Below the pieces are notes generated by a model. That model did not search any database. It saw only the letters and a list, made by a program, of their open reading frames with translations, and was not told where the DNA came from. Of a stretch of DNA of 64,000 nt, positions 18,419 to 28,608 are shown piece after piece. The stretch comes from a virus. The stretch's first letter is position 1; the number at the start of each line of letters is the position of its first letter. The stretch is from positions 32,001-96,000 of the IMG/VR virus record IMGVR_UViG_3300034358_000044, one strand, 5' to 3'. Both the position numbers and the translations under genes were made by a program.

Positions 18419-19845
18419 TGGGCGTTTTCGTGCAGGTCATACCAGATCGCTGGGGTTCCGCTTCGCAGGTGGCCAAGAAGGACACTGCTGGGAGAGGACA
18501 GGCCTCGGAGCCCTTCATCAGGCGACCCACGAATGGGATTCAGTTGAAGGAAGAGACCTTCGCCACGCTTCGGTTGGTGACGGCTGTCAACGGACAGAAC
18601 CAGCTCTTGGTGGATGCAGGTTCCAGAAGGAAGGGAATCATCAACTCGGAGGATGGGGAGCAGTTCCTCACCATTGGTGAGAAGCGCGCTACCGACATCT
18701 ACTCGAACTTCCTGTTGCAGTCGGTTCAAGAAGAGAGAACCGAGAAGCAGCAGATTCTGGAGACCTTCGGAGAGGCCTACATCTTTCTCTTCGGGCAGCG
18801 AGCCAGGGTCATCACCTTCTCCGGGATCCTAGCCAACACCTTCGACTTCAACTGGGAGGCGGAGTGGTGGGAGAACTACGATACCTATCTTCGAGGTACT
18901 CGCTGCGTGGAGAGCCAGGCGCAGGTGTTCATCTCCTACGACAACACCCTGGTGGGCGGCTACATCATCGCCACCTCATCCTCGAAGGACTCGACGACGC
19001 AGAACTACGTCCAGTTCACCTTCCAACTCTTCGTCACCTACTACAGCAACTTCTCGAACGTAGGAAACCCTTCAGCATTCCCACCAGGGGTGTCGTCTCC
19101 AGTTCAGTATTCAACAGAGGATCTGAAGAAGATGAGGCCCCATCTGGTAGACGACATACCAATTCAGAACTGGCCTCTTCTTGGAAACGGGTCTGAGCCT
19201 GGTCTCTTCGATGCGATTTCCAACGGGATCTCTCTGGTCTCGAACGCATGGAACTCGGCAGGAGCTATCGTCAACTCTGGAGTCAACAAGCTCTCCGCTT
19301 CACTCAATCTCGATGGCGTGAGAATCCCCATCGGATTTGCTGGAAGTCTTGTCTACGATGGAGCCCAACAGACGGCCGACAGTGAGTTGGTGGAGCTCAA
19401 GCAGAGGGCCTGGATCAACGGAAGGGTCTACTACACTACCTTCGACAAGAACGCTGAGGAGTACGTAGGGAAGGGGAGCCACTACGGGTCCTCTGCTGTT
19501 TCCAACTTCGGCAAGGATTCGGGATTGTACTTCTTCGGAGAGGATCCCTACTATCTCGACAACGCCTACACGAAGATCCAGACGGCAACGGAGATATGGG
19601 CAAAGAACGGGTACACCATGCCTCCAGAGGGATTGGGGACCATCTCGGGAGTTCTGGCGAACAACGTCGTTGGACTTGTAGGAGTTGGGGCTACTGAGGT
19701 GTGGAGGAGTGCCACGAGCTCTGGGGAGCAGGGCACCGCCACCTCGCCTACTTTCGCCGTAGGGTCTACTTCCAGTGGGCCCCCTTCTACTGGAGTAGTG
19801 ACCAAGGACCTCTCCAACATCAACGTGCCCAATGCCAGCAGCTAA
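18418..19845 (+). CDS. putative tail-tube initiator / baseplate hub-associated protein
   Basis: position after TMP; beta-rich core FLLQSVQEERTEK..ETFG..FLFG...FSG. Confidence 0.5.
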   Translation: MGVFVQVIPDRWGSASQVAKKDTAGRGQASEPFIRRPTNGIQLKEETFATLRLVTAVNGQNQLLVDAGSRRKGIINSEDGEQFLTIGEKRATDIYSNFLLQSVQEERTEKQQILETFGEAYIFLFGQRARVITFSGILANTFDFNWEAEWWENYDTYLRGTRCVESQAQVFISYDNTLVGGYIIATSSSKDSTTQNYVQFTFQLFVTYYSNFSNVGNPSAFPPGVSSPVQYSTEDLKKMRPHLVDDIPIQNWPLLGNGSEPGLFDAISNGISLVSNAWNSAGAIVNSGVNKLSASLNLDGVRIPIGFAGSLVYDGAQQTADSELVELKQRAWINGRVYYTTFDKNAEEYVGKGSHYGSSAVSNFGKDSGLYFFGEDPYYLDNAYTKIQTATEIWAKNGYTMPPEGLGTISGVLANNVVGLVGVGATEVWRSATSSGEQGTATSPTFAVGSTSSGPPSTGVVTKDLSNINVPNASS

Positions 19846-22800
19846 GCTTCTCCGTCTGAGACTCCTCTTGGAAGGTGAGGAGGTGCCAGTCATCTCGGCC
19901 CAGGTCATGATCAACATTGGAGCCCCCGCTACGGCCTCCATTCAGATTATCCCTCTCGACTCAGCATTGGACTTCTTCCCACGGACGATGGTCCATCTCT
20001 TCTTCTTGGACGTCCAAGGAGTAGGGGAGGAGCAGACTTCGGAGTACAAGCTGCTTTTCGCTGGGGAGGTGGTGGGGTTCGCCTACTCTCAGACCCCGGC
20101 CAGCCGAGGGACCGTCCTTCAGTGCCTGGACTTCTCCAACTACTGGGATTCCTGCAACGCGATGGCAGTCTCCTACGGGCCCGGCGGCAACGCCTTCACC
20201 AACGATGGGTCCATCAATGGTGCCTCCATCGGCATGTTTACCGACATCCCAGGCGACAGCGCGGCTGAACACCTGGTCCGTTGGGTCCGTTCGCCTCCGG
20301 TTACGGCAGGACTCACGGGTGTGAGTGGACTCGCGGGGGGTATCATCCACATCATGGAGGCCATGGGGGGTGTTCCAGGGCACTTCAAGGGCATCAACGA
20401 TTTCTACACCGTGGCAGAGCTCCGCTGCCGGTTGATGAATCAAATCACGGCGGAAGAGAACGACTCCACGGCGTCCAGAGTTCTGAGCATCAAGGTCTTC
20501 GAGGAGTGGCTCAAGGGAGGTCTTCAGCAGGCGGGAGGGAACATCACCTTCCGCGACATCATGAACCTGCTCTTCTCCCACATCTTCTACGAGTTCGTTC
20601 CCAACCCAGCCCCCAAGTTCGACAATGGAAATGGTAGTAAGTCCACGAAGACGAACTCCATCGCACTCACGTCGAATTCAAAGGTAGCCGGTATAAGGAC
20701 TCGGCTGGATGAGATGAGAATGTCCCTCATTCTCCTCAATGGCCAAATCACTTTGATGGCGACAGGGGATATGATCCCCACAGTGACAGGTCTTTCTACT
20801 ATTCTTTCAGACATTCTCAAGGACTTGATCGCTCTCGGACAAAGCCCCTCTGAATTGACCAAGGCAAGAGCTTCTGTTCAGCAGGCGTCGAACGCTCTTA
20901 CGAAGCTCAAGACGGTAACTTCGTCATCCATCGAGAGCCGTCTCGCTTCGTTGCCAGAGGCTTGGAAGGCTATTGAGGATGCCATCGGGTTCCTTGACGC
21001 CGGCAAGGTCACGTCGATCTCTACTGAGTATTCAAGTCAACGACTCAAGGCGCACATCGTTCGTCCTGACTGCTGGTTTTCCTCGCCTCCCGTCTGCAAC
21101 GTCATCTTCCCAGAGATGTACGCCTCTCTCAGTTTCGACAGGAACTTCCTTCAGGAGACGACGAGGTTGCTCGTACACTCGTTCGACACGCTCATCGGAC
21201 GTGACCACCTGATGGCGAACCACATTCTCTCCCCCTTCATTGGGTTCGATGCGACCAAGTTGGCTAAGTACAAGGGGGCTGCGAGCTTCCGTATCCTGAT
21301 GGACCACGAGATTCACGTCGGTATCGTTTCGAAGACGGAGTGGATTCCCAACAGCGCTGGCATCAGTACGGACCTCGACGCCGAGCAGCTCAAGAAGGTC
21401 TCCTCAGGAAGGCTCTCCTGGCTCATCAAGGCGTCCCTCTACCACTTCTTCAAGGCTCGCTTCTCGGCACGACAGGTCTCCATCAACGGGCGCTTCAACC
21501 CTTCCCTGGTCTGTGGCTTCCCAGGGGCGGTCATCACCAGGCCCTACTACATCGACGGGGGGGCGGCTGCCCTTCGAAGGGCACACGGTGGCACTGACGT
21601 TCCTGACTCTGACATCAGTGGGCTCATTCACGAGAAGGCTGGGGAGTTCAACGCCCCTGCTCATTTCGTTGGACTGATTGGGGCGATTCAGCACTCCATC
21701 GATCAGTCCGGAGGAACAACTTCTGCTGTTCTCCACTACGCCCGGAAGCATCGTGGAATCGATGATGAGTTCATCGGCTACATGGTGGGCATGAAGGAGA
21801 ACACGGGAACTCGCGTCCTCAAGTACGAGTTGGAAATCGAGAAGGCTCTGGAGCTGGCAAGTCCTACGACCACGACCCCCAACATCAAGCCCATTGCTCT
21901 TTTGATGGGCGTGACCCCATCAAAGGATGAAGTGGAGAAGCCCAAGAAGACTGCCGGCAAGACCAGCTCGGTGAGGCCGAAGGTGTCCTCTCAGGAAGTG
22001 TCAGCAGCCTCGAAAGACCCAAAGGCTCAGGCCAGCGCCATCACTGCTTTCGTCTTCTCGACCAATACTGAGAGTGACACGGCTGGACAGGATAAGGTCG
22101 ATGAGAAGCCACCACGTACACATGTCGGGTCTATTTCAGAGGCCAATCGGACGAACGTGTTCATTCCTTTTGGCTCTTCGGCCAGCATCAAGGTGAACAG
22201 CAAGGAGGGGCTCTTCGGTGGGCGAATCGTGGGGATTGAGGTCCCCAAGGGTGCTACCCTTCAAACAGTAGCCTACGGGATCAGTGGGACGGTGCCGGTC
22301 TACGTAGCTCTCACTCCAACGAGAGATGGAACGGTCTACAAGTTCCAGACCGGTTCTCAGACCTTCAAGGCCAACAAGAGAGGAGACGCATTCACGCGCG
22401 TCATCATCTATGAGGAAGTCTCCTTCGCCGTGTCCGGATCACTTCCGATTGAAGAGATACTCAGGCCTTCCTGGTTTTCTACCGGTTACTCCAGTCAGCG
22501 CATCGGGAAGCAAATCTACCAGCCGTTCTTCGGGTGCGATGCTGTTGTTGACAACCTGGTTGTTTCCCCTGACTCCGCACCCCCTGCCGATGACGGTTCG
22601 GATCCTGAGCCGGTCGATGCTGCTACTTCGGCGCAAGACATGATGAAGAGGGTGTCAGCAGCGGAGTCTCAATCCAGGGCCATCTCAATCGAGAAGTCCC
22701 TCAACGTATTGGCCTACGAGTACGGCCAAGTGAAACTTCATGCGAGAGACGTCGAGTCTTTCATCGAGAGCTACACCAAGCGTCCCATCGCCACCTACCG

Positions 22801-23113
22801 GGACATCTTTGGTGACGCCCAACTGGACTTCACCATCAACAAGAAGGCTGTTGGTGGGGATGCACAGGTGAAGAAGAGGGAGGATGGAACGACTCCGAGG
22901 GTCGGGTTCCATACCGGAGCCACCCACAGTACGTTGGTGGACGTGGGGAACCTGGTTGGGCTGGCAACGGATCTTCAGTTGGGGTTCAAGAGGGTAGACA
23001 ACCTTGGAGCTTCAGAGCCTATGGTGACTCAGTACGATGTTCGCAAGCCCAAGAAGGATAGAGTGCGGACGTACATCGCGGACTTGACCAAGGGCCCCGG
23101 GTTCGTTGGATAG
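19832..23113 (+). CDS. putative baseplate hub protein (gp27/gpD-like)
   Basis: N-terminal hub-like beta strands (LLLEGEEVPV..A.I.I..LFAGEV..LQCLD), 1093 aa, operon position. Confidence 0.55.
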   Translation: MPAAKLLRLRLLLEGEEVPVISAQVMINIGAPATASIQIIPLDSALDFFPRTMVHLFFLDVQGVGEEQTSEYKLLFAGEVVGFAYSQTPASRGTVLQCLDFSNYWDSCNAMAVSYGPGGNAFTNDGSINGASIGMFTDIPGDSAAEHLVRWVRSPPVTAGLTGVSGLAGGIIHIMEAMGGVPGHFKGINDFYTVAELRCRLMNQITAEENDSTASRVLSIKVFEEWLKGGLQQAGGNITFRDIMNLLFSHIFYEFVPNPAPKFDNGNGSKSTKTNSIALTSNSKVAGIRTRLDEMRMSLILLNGQITLMATGDMIPTVTGLSTILSDILKDLIALGQSPSELTKARASVQQASNALTKLKTVTSSSIESRLASLPEAWKAIEDAIGFLDAGKVTSISTEYSSQRLKAHIVRPDCWFSSPPVCNVIFPEMYASLSFDRNFLQETTRLLVHSFDTLIGRDHLMANHILSPFIGFDATKLAKYKGAASFRILMDHEIHVGIVSKTEWIPNSAGISTDLDAEQLKKVSSGRLSWLIKASLYHFFKARFSARQVSINGRFNPSLVCGFPGAVITRPYYIDGGAAALRRAHGGTDVPDSDISGLIHEKAGEFNAPAHFVGLIGAIQHSIDQSGGTTSAVLHYARKHRGIDDEFIGYMVGMKENTGTRVLKYELEIEKALELASPTTTTPNIKPIALLMGVTPSKDEVEKPKKTAGKTSSVRPKVSSQEVSAASKDPKAQASAITAFVFSTNTESDTAGQDKVDEKPPRTHVGSISEANRTNVFIPFGSSASIKVNSKEGLFGGRIVGIEVPKGATLQTVAYGISGTVPVYVALTPTRDGTVYKFQTGSQTFKANKRGDAFTRVIIYEEVSFAVSGSLPIEEILRPSWFSTGYSSQRIGKQIYQPFFGCDAVVDNLVVSPDSAPPADDGSDPEPVDAATSAQDMMKRVSAAESQSRAISIEKSLNVLAYEYGQVKLHARDVESFIESYTKRPIATYRDIFGDAQLDFTINKKAVGGDAQVKKREDGTTPRVGFHTGATHSTLVDVGNLVGLATDLQLGFKRVDNLGASEPMVTQYDVRKPKKDRVRTYIADLTKGPGFVG

Positions 23114-23170
23114 TACCACTTCTTCTCACCCTTACTCCCCTTGGTGTAGGGTCGAGCCTTGGAGACCCAC

Positions 23171-23491
23171 ATGAACTACTCCGACATGATGAAACAGGCA
23201 ATGCGGGGAGAGCTCCGCAAGATTGCCTTCTCTCGTATTGGGCGCAAGCCTATTGGCATCGATCGCCTTCTTGAGAGGGAGTCTGAGTCTCAGGAGACGC
23301 CGAGCAATGTCTTCGGCAAGGTGGATATCACTCCTGAGCAGTTCCAGGCGGACATCGAGAAGGTCTCTGGTATTGGGAAATCCATCGCTCTGATGGGCGT
23401 CGGGTCTCTCGGTACTCTTGGAGCCCAAAAAGCCAACAACGATCGCAAGATGGGCAAGATGATGCGGATGCAGCAGCAGCAGGGCTACTGA
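23171..23491 (+). CDS. small virion-associated protein with K-x-A motifs
   Basis: ELRKIA, IEKVS motifs; C-terminal Gly-rich hydrophobic segment. Confidence 0.65.
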   Translation: MNYSDMMKQAMRGELRKIAFSRIGRKPIGIDRLLERESESQETPSNVFGKVDITPEQFQADIEKVSGIGKSIALMGVGSLGTLGAQKANNDRKMGKMMRMQQQQGY

Positions 23492-23499
23492 GAGGCCAC

Positions 23500-24186
23500 A
23501 TGGACTGGGCTGGAATTCGGGCTGGTCTTCAGGACGAGCTGGAGAAGATCGCTGCCTTCAGCTTGCAGGGACTGTCACCAGAGACGGTGATGGAGAAGAG
23601 TATCCCTCCTCCACCAATGGAGACTCCTGGTTTCAGCAAGGCTCGTGACATTCTTGAGCGAGCTTCTCAAGCCCAGGTGAAGACTGCGGCGAAGGCCTCA
23701 AAGTCTTCGAAGAAGGTACAGCAGGCCCTTCCCCAGCAGCTCGGTCTTGGCAAGATGGTGAACCAGGGGGATGATTCCCTCAACGAGAAGGCCAAGAGTG
23801 TTGCTGGGTACGGCTTGGCCGGTCTTGGTACTGGAGGGGCTCTTCATAAGGCCTACTCTTCGATTCCCAGTGTCCACGAGTCTGTCCGCCATCACTCCAT
23901 CAAGGACGAAGCAAAGTGGTTGGCCGAAGCGAAGCTGAACAACATCGGAAACAAGTTGATGGTCGGTGGGGCTCTCGTTGGCCTCGGCTATGGGGCCAAT
24001 CGTCTTCGTCAGAAGGCCAAGGCAAAGACCGGTACCATCACCAAGACCGCAACCCTGACGACTCCTGGGCAGTCACTGAAGGCTTCCAAGCAGGTGGGAA
24101 GCCTTAAGACCGCCCCAAGTTTGGCGGGACCAAGTACGACCTCACAGATTCGTGGTCAATTCATCGGCAAGAAGGGTATCCCATGA
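23500..24186 (+). CDS. virion-associated protein with K-x-A motifs and two Gly-rich hydrophobic helices
   Basis: ELEKIAA, VKTAA, TKTAT; GYGLAGLGTGG, VGGALVGLGYG. Confidence 0.7.
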   Translation: MDWAGIRAGLQDELEKIAAFSLQGLSPETVMEKSIPPPPMETPGFSKARDILERASQAQVKTAAKASKSSKKVQQALPQQLGLGKMVNQGDDSLNEKAKSVAGYGLAGLGTGGALHKAYSSIPSVHESVRHHSIKDEAKWLAEAKLNNIGNKLMVGGALVGLGYGANRLRQKAKAKTGTITKTATLTTPGQSLKASKQVGSLKTAPSLAGPSTTSQIRGQFIGKKGIP

Positions 24187-25193
24187 AAAAGAAGATTGCA
24201 GTTGGAAACGGTGGGGAAGAGGAGCTGGAGCAGCTTCAGCGAATCGTCCTGACCCGCAACGACACCCGTGCTGCTGCCGATGTACTCTTCGGTGCTCCTG
24301 CCGCTGCTGCCAGGAAGGTGGACAGGGGGCTGCTGGAGAAGCTCTTCGTTCAGACGCCGGCTGCGGTGGTCATGGCGCCCAATCTCCAGAAGACCAGTGC
24401 GGTCCACGAGAAGATCGCCCGAGTCTTTGGGGAGTCACCCCCAGGCAACTCGATCGAGGGGGAGATTCCGTATCACGTTCGGAGGAAGGAGTACGAGTCC
24501 TACGCCAACAAGAAGTCCAGGGAGGCGCCGACTCCCTACAGCACGTCGGTTCCAACTGGGGCGCTGGTAGGCGGTCTCGGAGGGGCGGCGGTAGGTGCTG
24601 GGCACGCGGGTGTTCGCGGAGCTGCCATCGGCGGTCTCGGTGGGGCACTACTCGGCGGCCTGACTGGGGCAGGCCTGAGCGCCTCGGACAAGGCGCACAT
24701 CGAGTCCGCGAAGAAGGCCATCAAGTCCAGAGAGAACTTGGACAGTGCCTTGGCCGGGCACATTCATGCGGTCAAGCAGCATGCCCGGACGACCGAGGCA
24801 ATGGAGAGGGCCTCTGAGCGCATGTCGGCTGAGAGGAGGCACCAGGACACCATGTCCGCTCTGGGCGGTCTTGCAGATCGGGGACCGAGAGAGGTCAACG
24901 TCAATCACCACTACGAGGCCAAGAAGACCTCTGGGAAGTGCCTCAACTGCGGAGCTCCTGCTACTGGGGGCCTCTGCGAGTACTGCGGAGCGAACGACTT
25001 CTCCAAGACCTCTCATGTGGCCGCCTTCTTCGAGAAGCTGTCAGCTCCAACTGAAGCCCAGCAGCGGTACCCCGAGCTCCTGAAGGCTGCGGAGATGGAC
25101 ACCAAGAAGGTGCTCTCCATCAAGCCTCGGGTGACCACGGACACGACGGGTACTACCCCCACTCGGTCGTCTCTTTCTGGTGGAAGCGCGTAG
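24183..25193 (+). CDS. glycine-zipper plus zinc-ribbon protein with K-x-A/S motifs
   Basis: GALVGGLGGAAVGAG..GAAIGGLGGALLGG; CLNCGA..LCEYCGA; QKTSA, EKIA, EKLSA. Confidence 0.7.
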   Translation: MKKKIAVGNGGEEELEQLQRIVLTRNDTRAAADVLFGAPAAAARKVDRGLLEKLFVQTPAAVVMAPNLQKTSAVHEKIARVFGESPPGNSIEGEIPYHVRRKEYESYANKKSREAPTPYSTSVPTGALVGGLGGAAVGAGHAGVRGAAIGGLGGALLGGLTGAGLSASDKAHIESAKKAIKSRENLDSALAGHIHAVKQHARTTEAMERASERMSAERRHQDTMSALGGLADRGPREVNVNHHYEAKKTSGKCLNCGAPATGGLCEYCGANDFSKTSHVAAFFEKLSAPTEAQQRYPELLKAAEMDTKKVLSIKPRVTTDTTGTTPTRSSLSGGSA

Positions 25194-25196
25194 CCG

Positions 25197-26102
25197 ATGC
25201 CCGGCCTGGAAGACAGGGGCCAGGCCCTAGAATGGGTTCTGGGTAAGATTGCTGCAGCCTCGAAGAAGGCTCCGGCGAAGCCTGCCTACAGCATTCCCAA
25301 GTTCGAGCCTTCCAAGCCTGCTTCCTTTCAACCAGCGGCCCCTCTCGGTGCCGAGAGGAAGCAGAAGGAGGTCGATCTCTGGCACCAGTGGAACAACAAC
25401 GGTCGGAAGCCAAAGGACTTGGATCCGCTTCTCAAGTCCTTCAGCAACGTGATTCAGAAGAGGATGAACTCTTTTCGTGGTGCAGAAGTCCCGAAGTCAG
25501 CCATCCAGCACAAGCTCAAGACATTTGCTGTCGAGGCCTTCAAGACGTGGGATCCCAAGAAGGGTGGAGCTCTCAATACCTGGGTCACCATCAAGTTGAA
25601 ACCTGGTGAGCGATACGTCAACTCGAACAAGAATCAGACGTACTCCCCAGAGAACATCACGCAGCACATCGGTTCGTACAATACCCTCAAGTCTGAGCTC
25701 CACGAGAAGCTTGGGTACGAACCTGATGCCCACTACATCCATGACCACCTGTTGGAATTCGGTCATCCCAAGGAGACTTTCGCTGCCCTCTCCTTGAAGG
25801 ACATCAAGCGCCTGGAGAAGGAACAGCGTCGAAGCCTGGTGGCCTCCTCTCATGACTCAGAGGAGATTACCGGAGTCCCCAACATGTCTTCTCGGGCAGA
25901 AGAGGTGAAGCACCTCATCATTCCCGAGCTGACCCACGAGGAGAGGGCAGTCCACGAGTTCAGCTTCGGTCTCAACGGGAAGGCACAGTTGAAACCCGGG
26001 GAGATTGCCAAGAAGTTGAAGATGGACAACAGCAAGGTCTCGAAGTTGAGGTCCTCCATCCTGAGGAAGATGCAGAAGCACATGGGAGGAGAAGATGAGT
26101 GA
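25197..26102 (+). CDS. RNA polymerase sigma-70 family factor
   Basis: region 2 AFKTWDPKKGGALNTWV; region 4 HTH LTHEERAV..FGLNG..LKPGEIAKKLKM..KVSKL. Confidence 0.85.
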   Translation: MPGLEDRGQALEWVLGKIAAASKKAPAKPAYSIPKFEPSKPASFQPAAPLGAERKQKEVDLWHQWNNNGRKPKDLDPLLKSFSNVIQKRMNSFRGAEVPKSAIQHKLKTFAVEAFKTWDPKKGGALNTWVTIKLKPGERYVNSNKNQTYSPENITQHIGSYNTLKSELHEKLGYEPDAHYIHDHLLEFGHPKETFAALSLKDIKRLEKEQRRSLVASSHDSEEITGVPNMSSRAEEVKHLIIPELTHEERAVHEFSFGLNGKAQLKPGEIAKKLKMDNSKVSKLRSSILRKMQKHMGGEDE

Positions 26103-26304
26103 TCGACTCTCCCGGGTGAAGAAGCTGGCTGAAGCAGTCCAGAAGTACGCAGATGACGAGAAGAAGAGAATTGAGAATGAGGTCAAGGTTCTTGAAGCCA
26201 TTCTGGAGAAGAGGACTGGAGGGAACGGCATCCAGGCCGTGAGTCTGAGGGTGGTCAGTGCTGCGGCCGAGAACGATCTCAAGGCCTACCTGGAGGACGC
26301 ATAA
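26095..26304 (+). CDS. hypothetical protein
   Basis: overlaps sigma stop; 69 aa. Confidence 0.7.
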   Translation: MSDRLSRVKKLAEAVQKYADDEKKRIENEVKVLEAILEKRTGGNGIQAVSLRVVSAAAENDLKAYLEDA

Positions 26305-26634
26305 GTGGAGGAACTTCTCACCCTCATCTACAAGACCTACGGAATCGTGGGCTTGTTGATTATCTCGCCAGTCGTGGCGTGCATCTACTTGTGGCGTGAG
26401 AACAAGACGAACCACCGCGAGAGCAATCGTCAGGTTCAGGCTGCAAATGACAGGGTAGCCGCTGCTCTTCAGCAGCGAGTCGTTGATGCGCAGTCCATCA
26501 CCAACAAGCTCGTCGAGATTGTCTCCGAGCAGGCTGCCGTCAACAGAGAGACCAGTCTCGCCCTGGCCCAGCTTGAGAACAAGCTCTCCACCATGAGTCT
26601 CAAGACCAGATCTGGCCCCAAGCCTCAAGAGTAG
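26305..26634 (+). CDS. single-TM coiled-coil membrane protein (holin-like?)
   Basis: TM YGIVGLLIISPVVACIYLW followed by coiled coil. Confidence 0.6.
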   Translation: MEELLTLIYKTYGIVGLLIISPVVACIYLWRENKTNHRESNRQVQAANDRVAAALQQRVVDAQSITNKLVEIVSEQAAVNRETSLALAQLENKLSTMSLKTRSGPKPQE

Positions 26635-26690
26635 AACCTTGCGTTTCATGTAGTGCTGATGCAGTCTGCCGCCCTCGAAGGAGCGCCGAG

Positions 26691-27668
26691 ATGATTTCTC
26701 AGTTGACCATCACAGCGGCGCACGTGAACTACCTCAAGGCCAACGGCTATACGACTATCGAGGTGTGGGCTTCGGACGACTACGGCAACTCCTGGGAGGA
26801 AATCACCGCCTCGGTGCAGAAGCCGGCACAGCTCTTCTCCTACCCTGCCCAGAACACCTTCCAGATGGGCGGGAAGCTCATCCGGTTGTCCATCAACGGC
26901 ACGTCAGAGGTCTCCTTCCCGTTCAACACGGTCGTGGACCGGTACACGCCGGCCCAGGTAGCGAGTCGTCTCAATGAGGTTGTTCCTCTTCTCGGGTCGG
27001 TCCAAGGGAAGAAGGTCGTTCTCACCTCTGCCTTCGTCGGGCGCATCAGTTCCATCAAGGTGGCCTACAACGACGCTCATGAGCTCGGGTGGGAAGCCAA
27101 CTCCATCATCTACGGGAGAGAAGCCCGACTCCCGTTGATCACCGACCACCGCATCTATTCCTTCACGGATGTCGCAGGGAAGGGCATCACCAGGTACAAG
27201 TGGAGGTTCTCCGGCAACGGGGTCGACCCCATCTCGGATTTCTCGGACTACGTGCTAGGAAGTTCTCCTCCTGTCGAGGGCATCCCACTCTCCATCGGTA
27301 CGGCTATGTTCGTCGGAGTGGATGGGCGACCACTCAAGACCCGACTCATTGTGGTCACCGACACGGCTCCTCAAGGCATCGTGAACCTGGTGGACATCGA
27401 CCCGGGACCGAACGCCTCCATCATCCTCTCCCATGCAGGAGTTGGGTCCGAGATTCCCACCATCGTTGACTCCGACAACGAAGGGTTCGTTGCTCTGCGT
27501 CTGGTGCAGGGCACCAAGATTCGGGTGGCCATTGAGGGGACTTCCTTCGTGCGCGAGTTCGTCGTTCCCATGGTCCCGCACTTCAACCTGCTGCAGGTGA
27601 TGGCTGACGCACCGGATCCGTTCGCGATTCAGGTACCAGCGCAGTCCATCATTCGCAGAGCTTTGTGA
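26691..27668 (+). CDS. putative virion structural protein
   Basis: beta-rich 325 aa in the structural operon; AAGGAG SD. Confidence 0.6.
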   Translation: MISQLTITAAHVNYLKANGYTTIEVWASDDYGNSWEEITASVQKPAQLFSYPAQNTFQMGGKLIRLSINGTSEVSFPFNTVVDRYTPAQVASRLNEVVPLLGSVQGKKVVLTSAFVGRISSIKVAYNDAHELGWEANSIIYGREARLPLITDHRIYSFTDVAGKGITRYKWRFSGNGVDPISDFSDYVLGSSPPVEGIPLSIGTAMFVGVDGRPLKTRLIVVTDTAPQGIVNLVDIDPGPNASIILSHAGVGSEIPTIVDSDNEGFVALRLVQGTKIRVAIEGTSFVREFVVPMVPHFNLLQVMADAPDPFAIQVPAQSIIRRAL

Positions 27669-27675
27669 GGTCGAG

Positions 27676-28608
27676 ATGACGGTCCCTGTCGACATCTACC
27701 TGAAGGACCGCAGTGCCTACTCCACTCCCATTCGGGGTGTGGTGGTCTCCATCGTGGACCCCCAGACGTTCATGGTGTTGGCCACGGGGATGACGGACAT
27801 CACTGGTCGGGCCGCCTTCCTTCTCCCTGGGTCCCCAATGGGGCTTGGGACGATGTACGAGGTCCGCTTCTTCAAGTTGGGGGTCTTGTTCCCCAACCCC
27901 CAGAAGATCTACGTTCAGGAACCAGTACAGACGACGAACAAGTTTGACATGACCGGTACGCTGCTGCTGTTGCCAGCGGCGACGGATCCGAGGGTCTGCC
28001 GTTGTACGGGCCGGTTCATGTCACTCTCGAACAGGCCGGTGGTGGGGGCGACTGTTCGAGTGATGGCCAAGGTGGAGACGGGGTTCCAGACACCGAAGAT
28101 GGTAGATGGGAACCTCGTCTCCGCTGAGGCCTTGGCCGCTCAGACGGACGGAGATGGCTTCGTCTCCCTCGACCTCATTCGTGGGGCCGAGTACTACATC
28201 ACCTTCTCCGGCGAAGACGACACCCTGTGGAACATCAAGGTGCCGAACATGCCGATGATGAACCTCATCGACCTCATCCACCCAGCCCCTGTGATGCTCA
28301 AGTGGAACAACGCGGTGGCCCCCACCGCAGCCGTCACGGTGGTGAAGGGGCAGTACATCAACGTTCCCTTCACCCTCATCTACAGTGACTTCGAGGAGCT
28401 GGCGGAGGGCTCGTCGAAGTGGGTCCGCTTCATGAACTCCGACGACACGAAGATCGAGGTCTCGTACAACTCAGGAGTGGTCTCGGTGAGGGGAGTAGCA
28501 CCTGGAGTGGCCAACGTGCAGGCCGAGCTCCTCCCAGATCTCAAGCCTGCCAGGGTTCCTGACTACTCCCTCTCCGCCTACCCTCTGACGGTGACTGTCA
28601 CGCCATGA
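27676..28608 (+). CDS. putative virion structural protein with transthyretin/Ig-like beta-sandwich domains
   Basis: repeated TD..G.A.F / QTDGDGFVSL motifs; C-terminal Big_2-like VSVRGVAPGVANV. Confidence 0.6.
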   Translation: MTVPVDIYLKDRSAYSTPIRGVVVSIVDPQTFMVLATGMTDITGRAAFLLPGSPMGLGTMYEVRFFKLGVLFPNPQKIYVQEPVQTTNKFDMTGTLLLLPAATDPRVCRCTGRFMSLSNRPVVGATVRVMAKVETGFQTPKMVDGNLVSAEALAAQTDGDGFVSLDLIRGAEYYITFSGEDDTLWNIKVPNMPMMNLIDLIHPAPVMLKWNNAVAPTAAVTVVKGQYINVPFTLIYSDFEELAEGSSKWVRFMNSDDTKIEVSYNSGVVSVRGVAPGVANVQAELLPDLKPARVPDYSLSAYPLTVTVTP

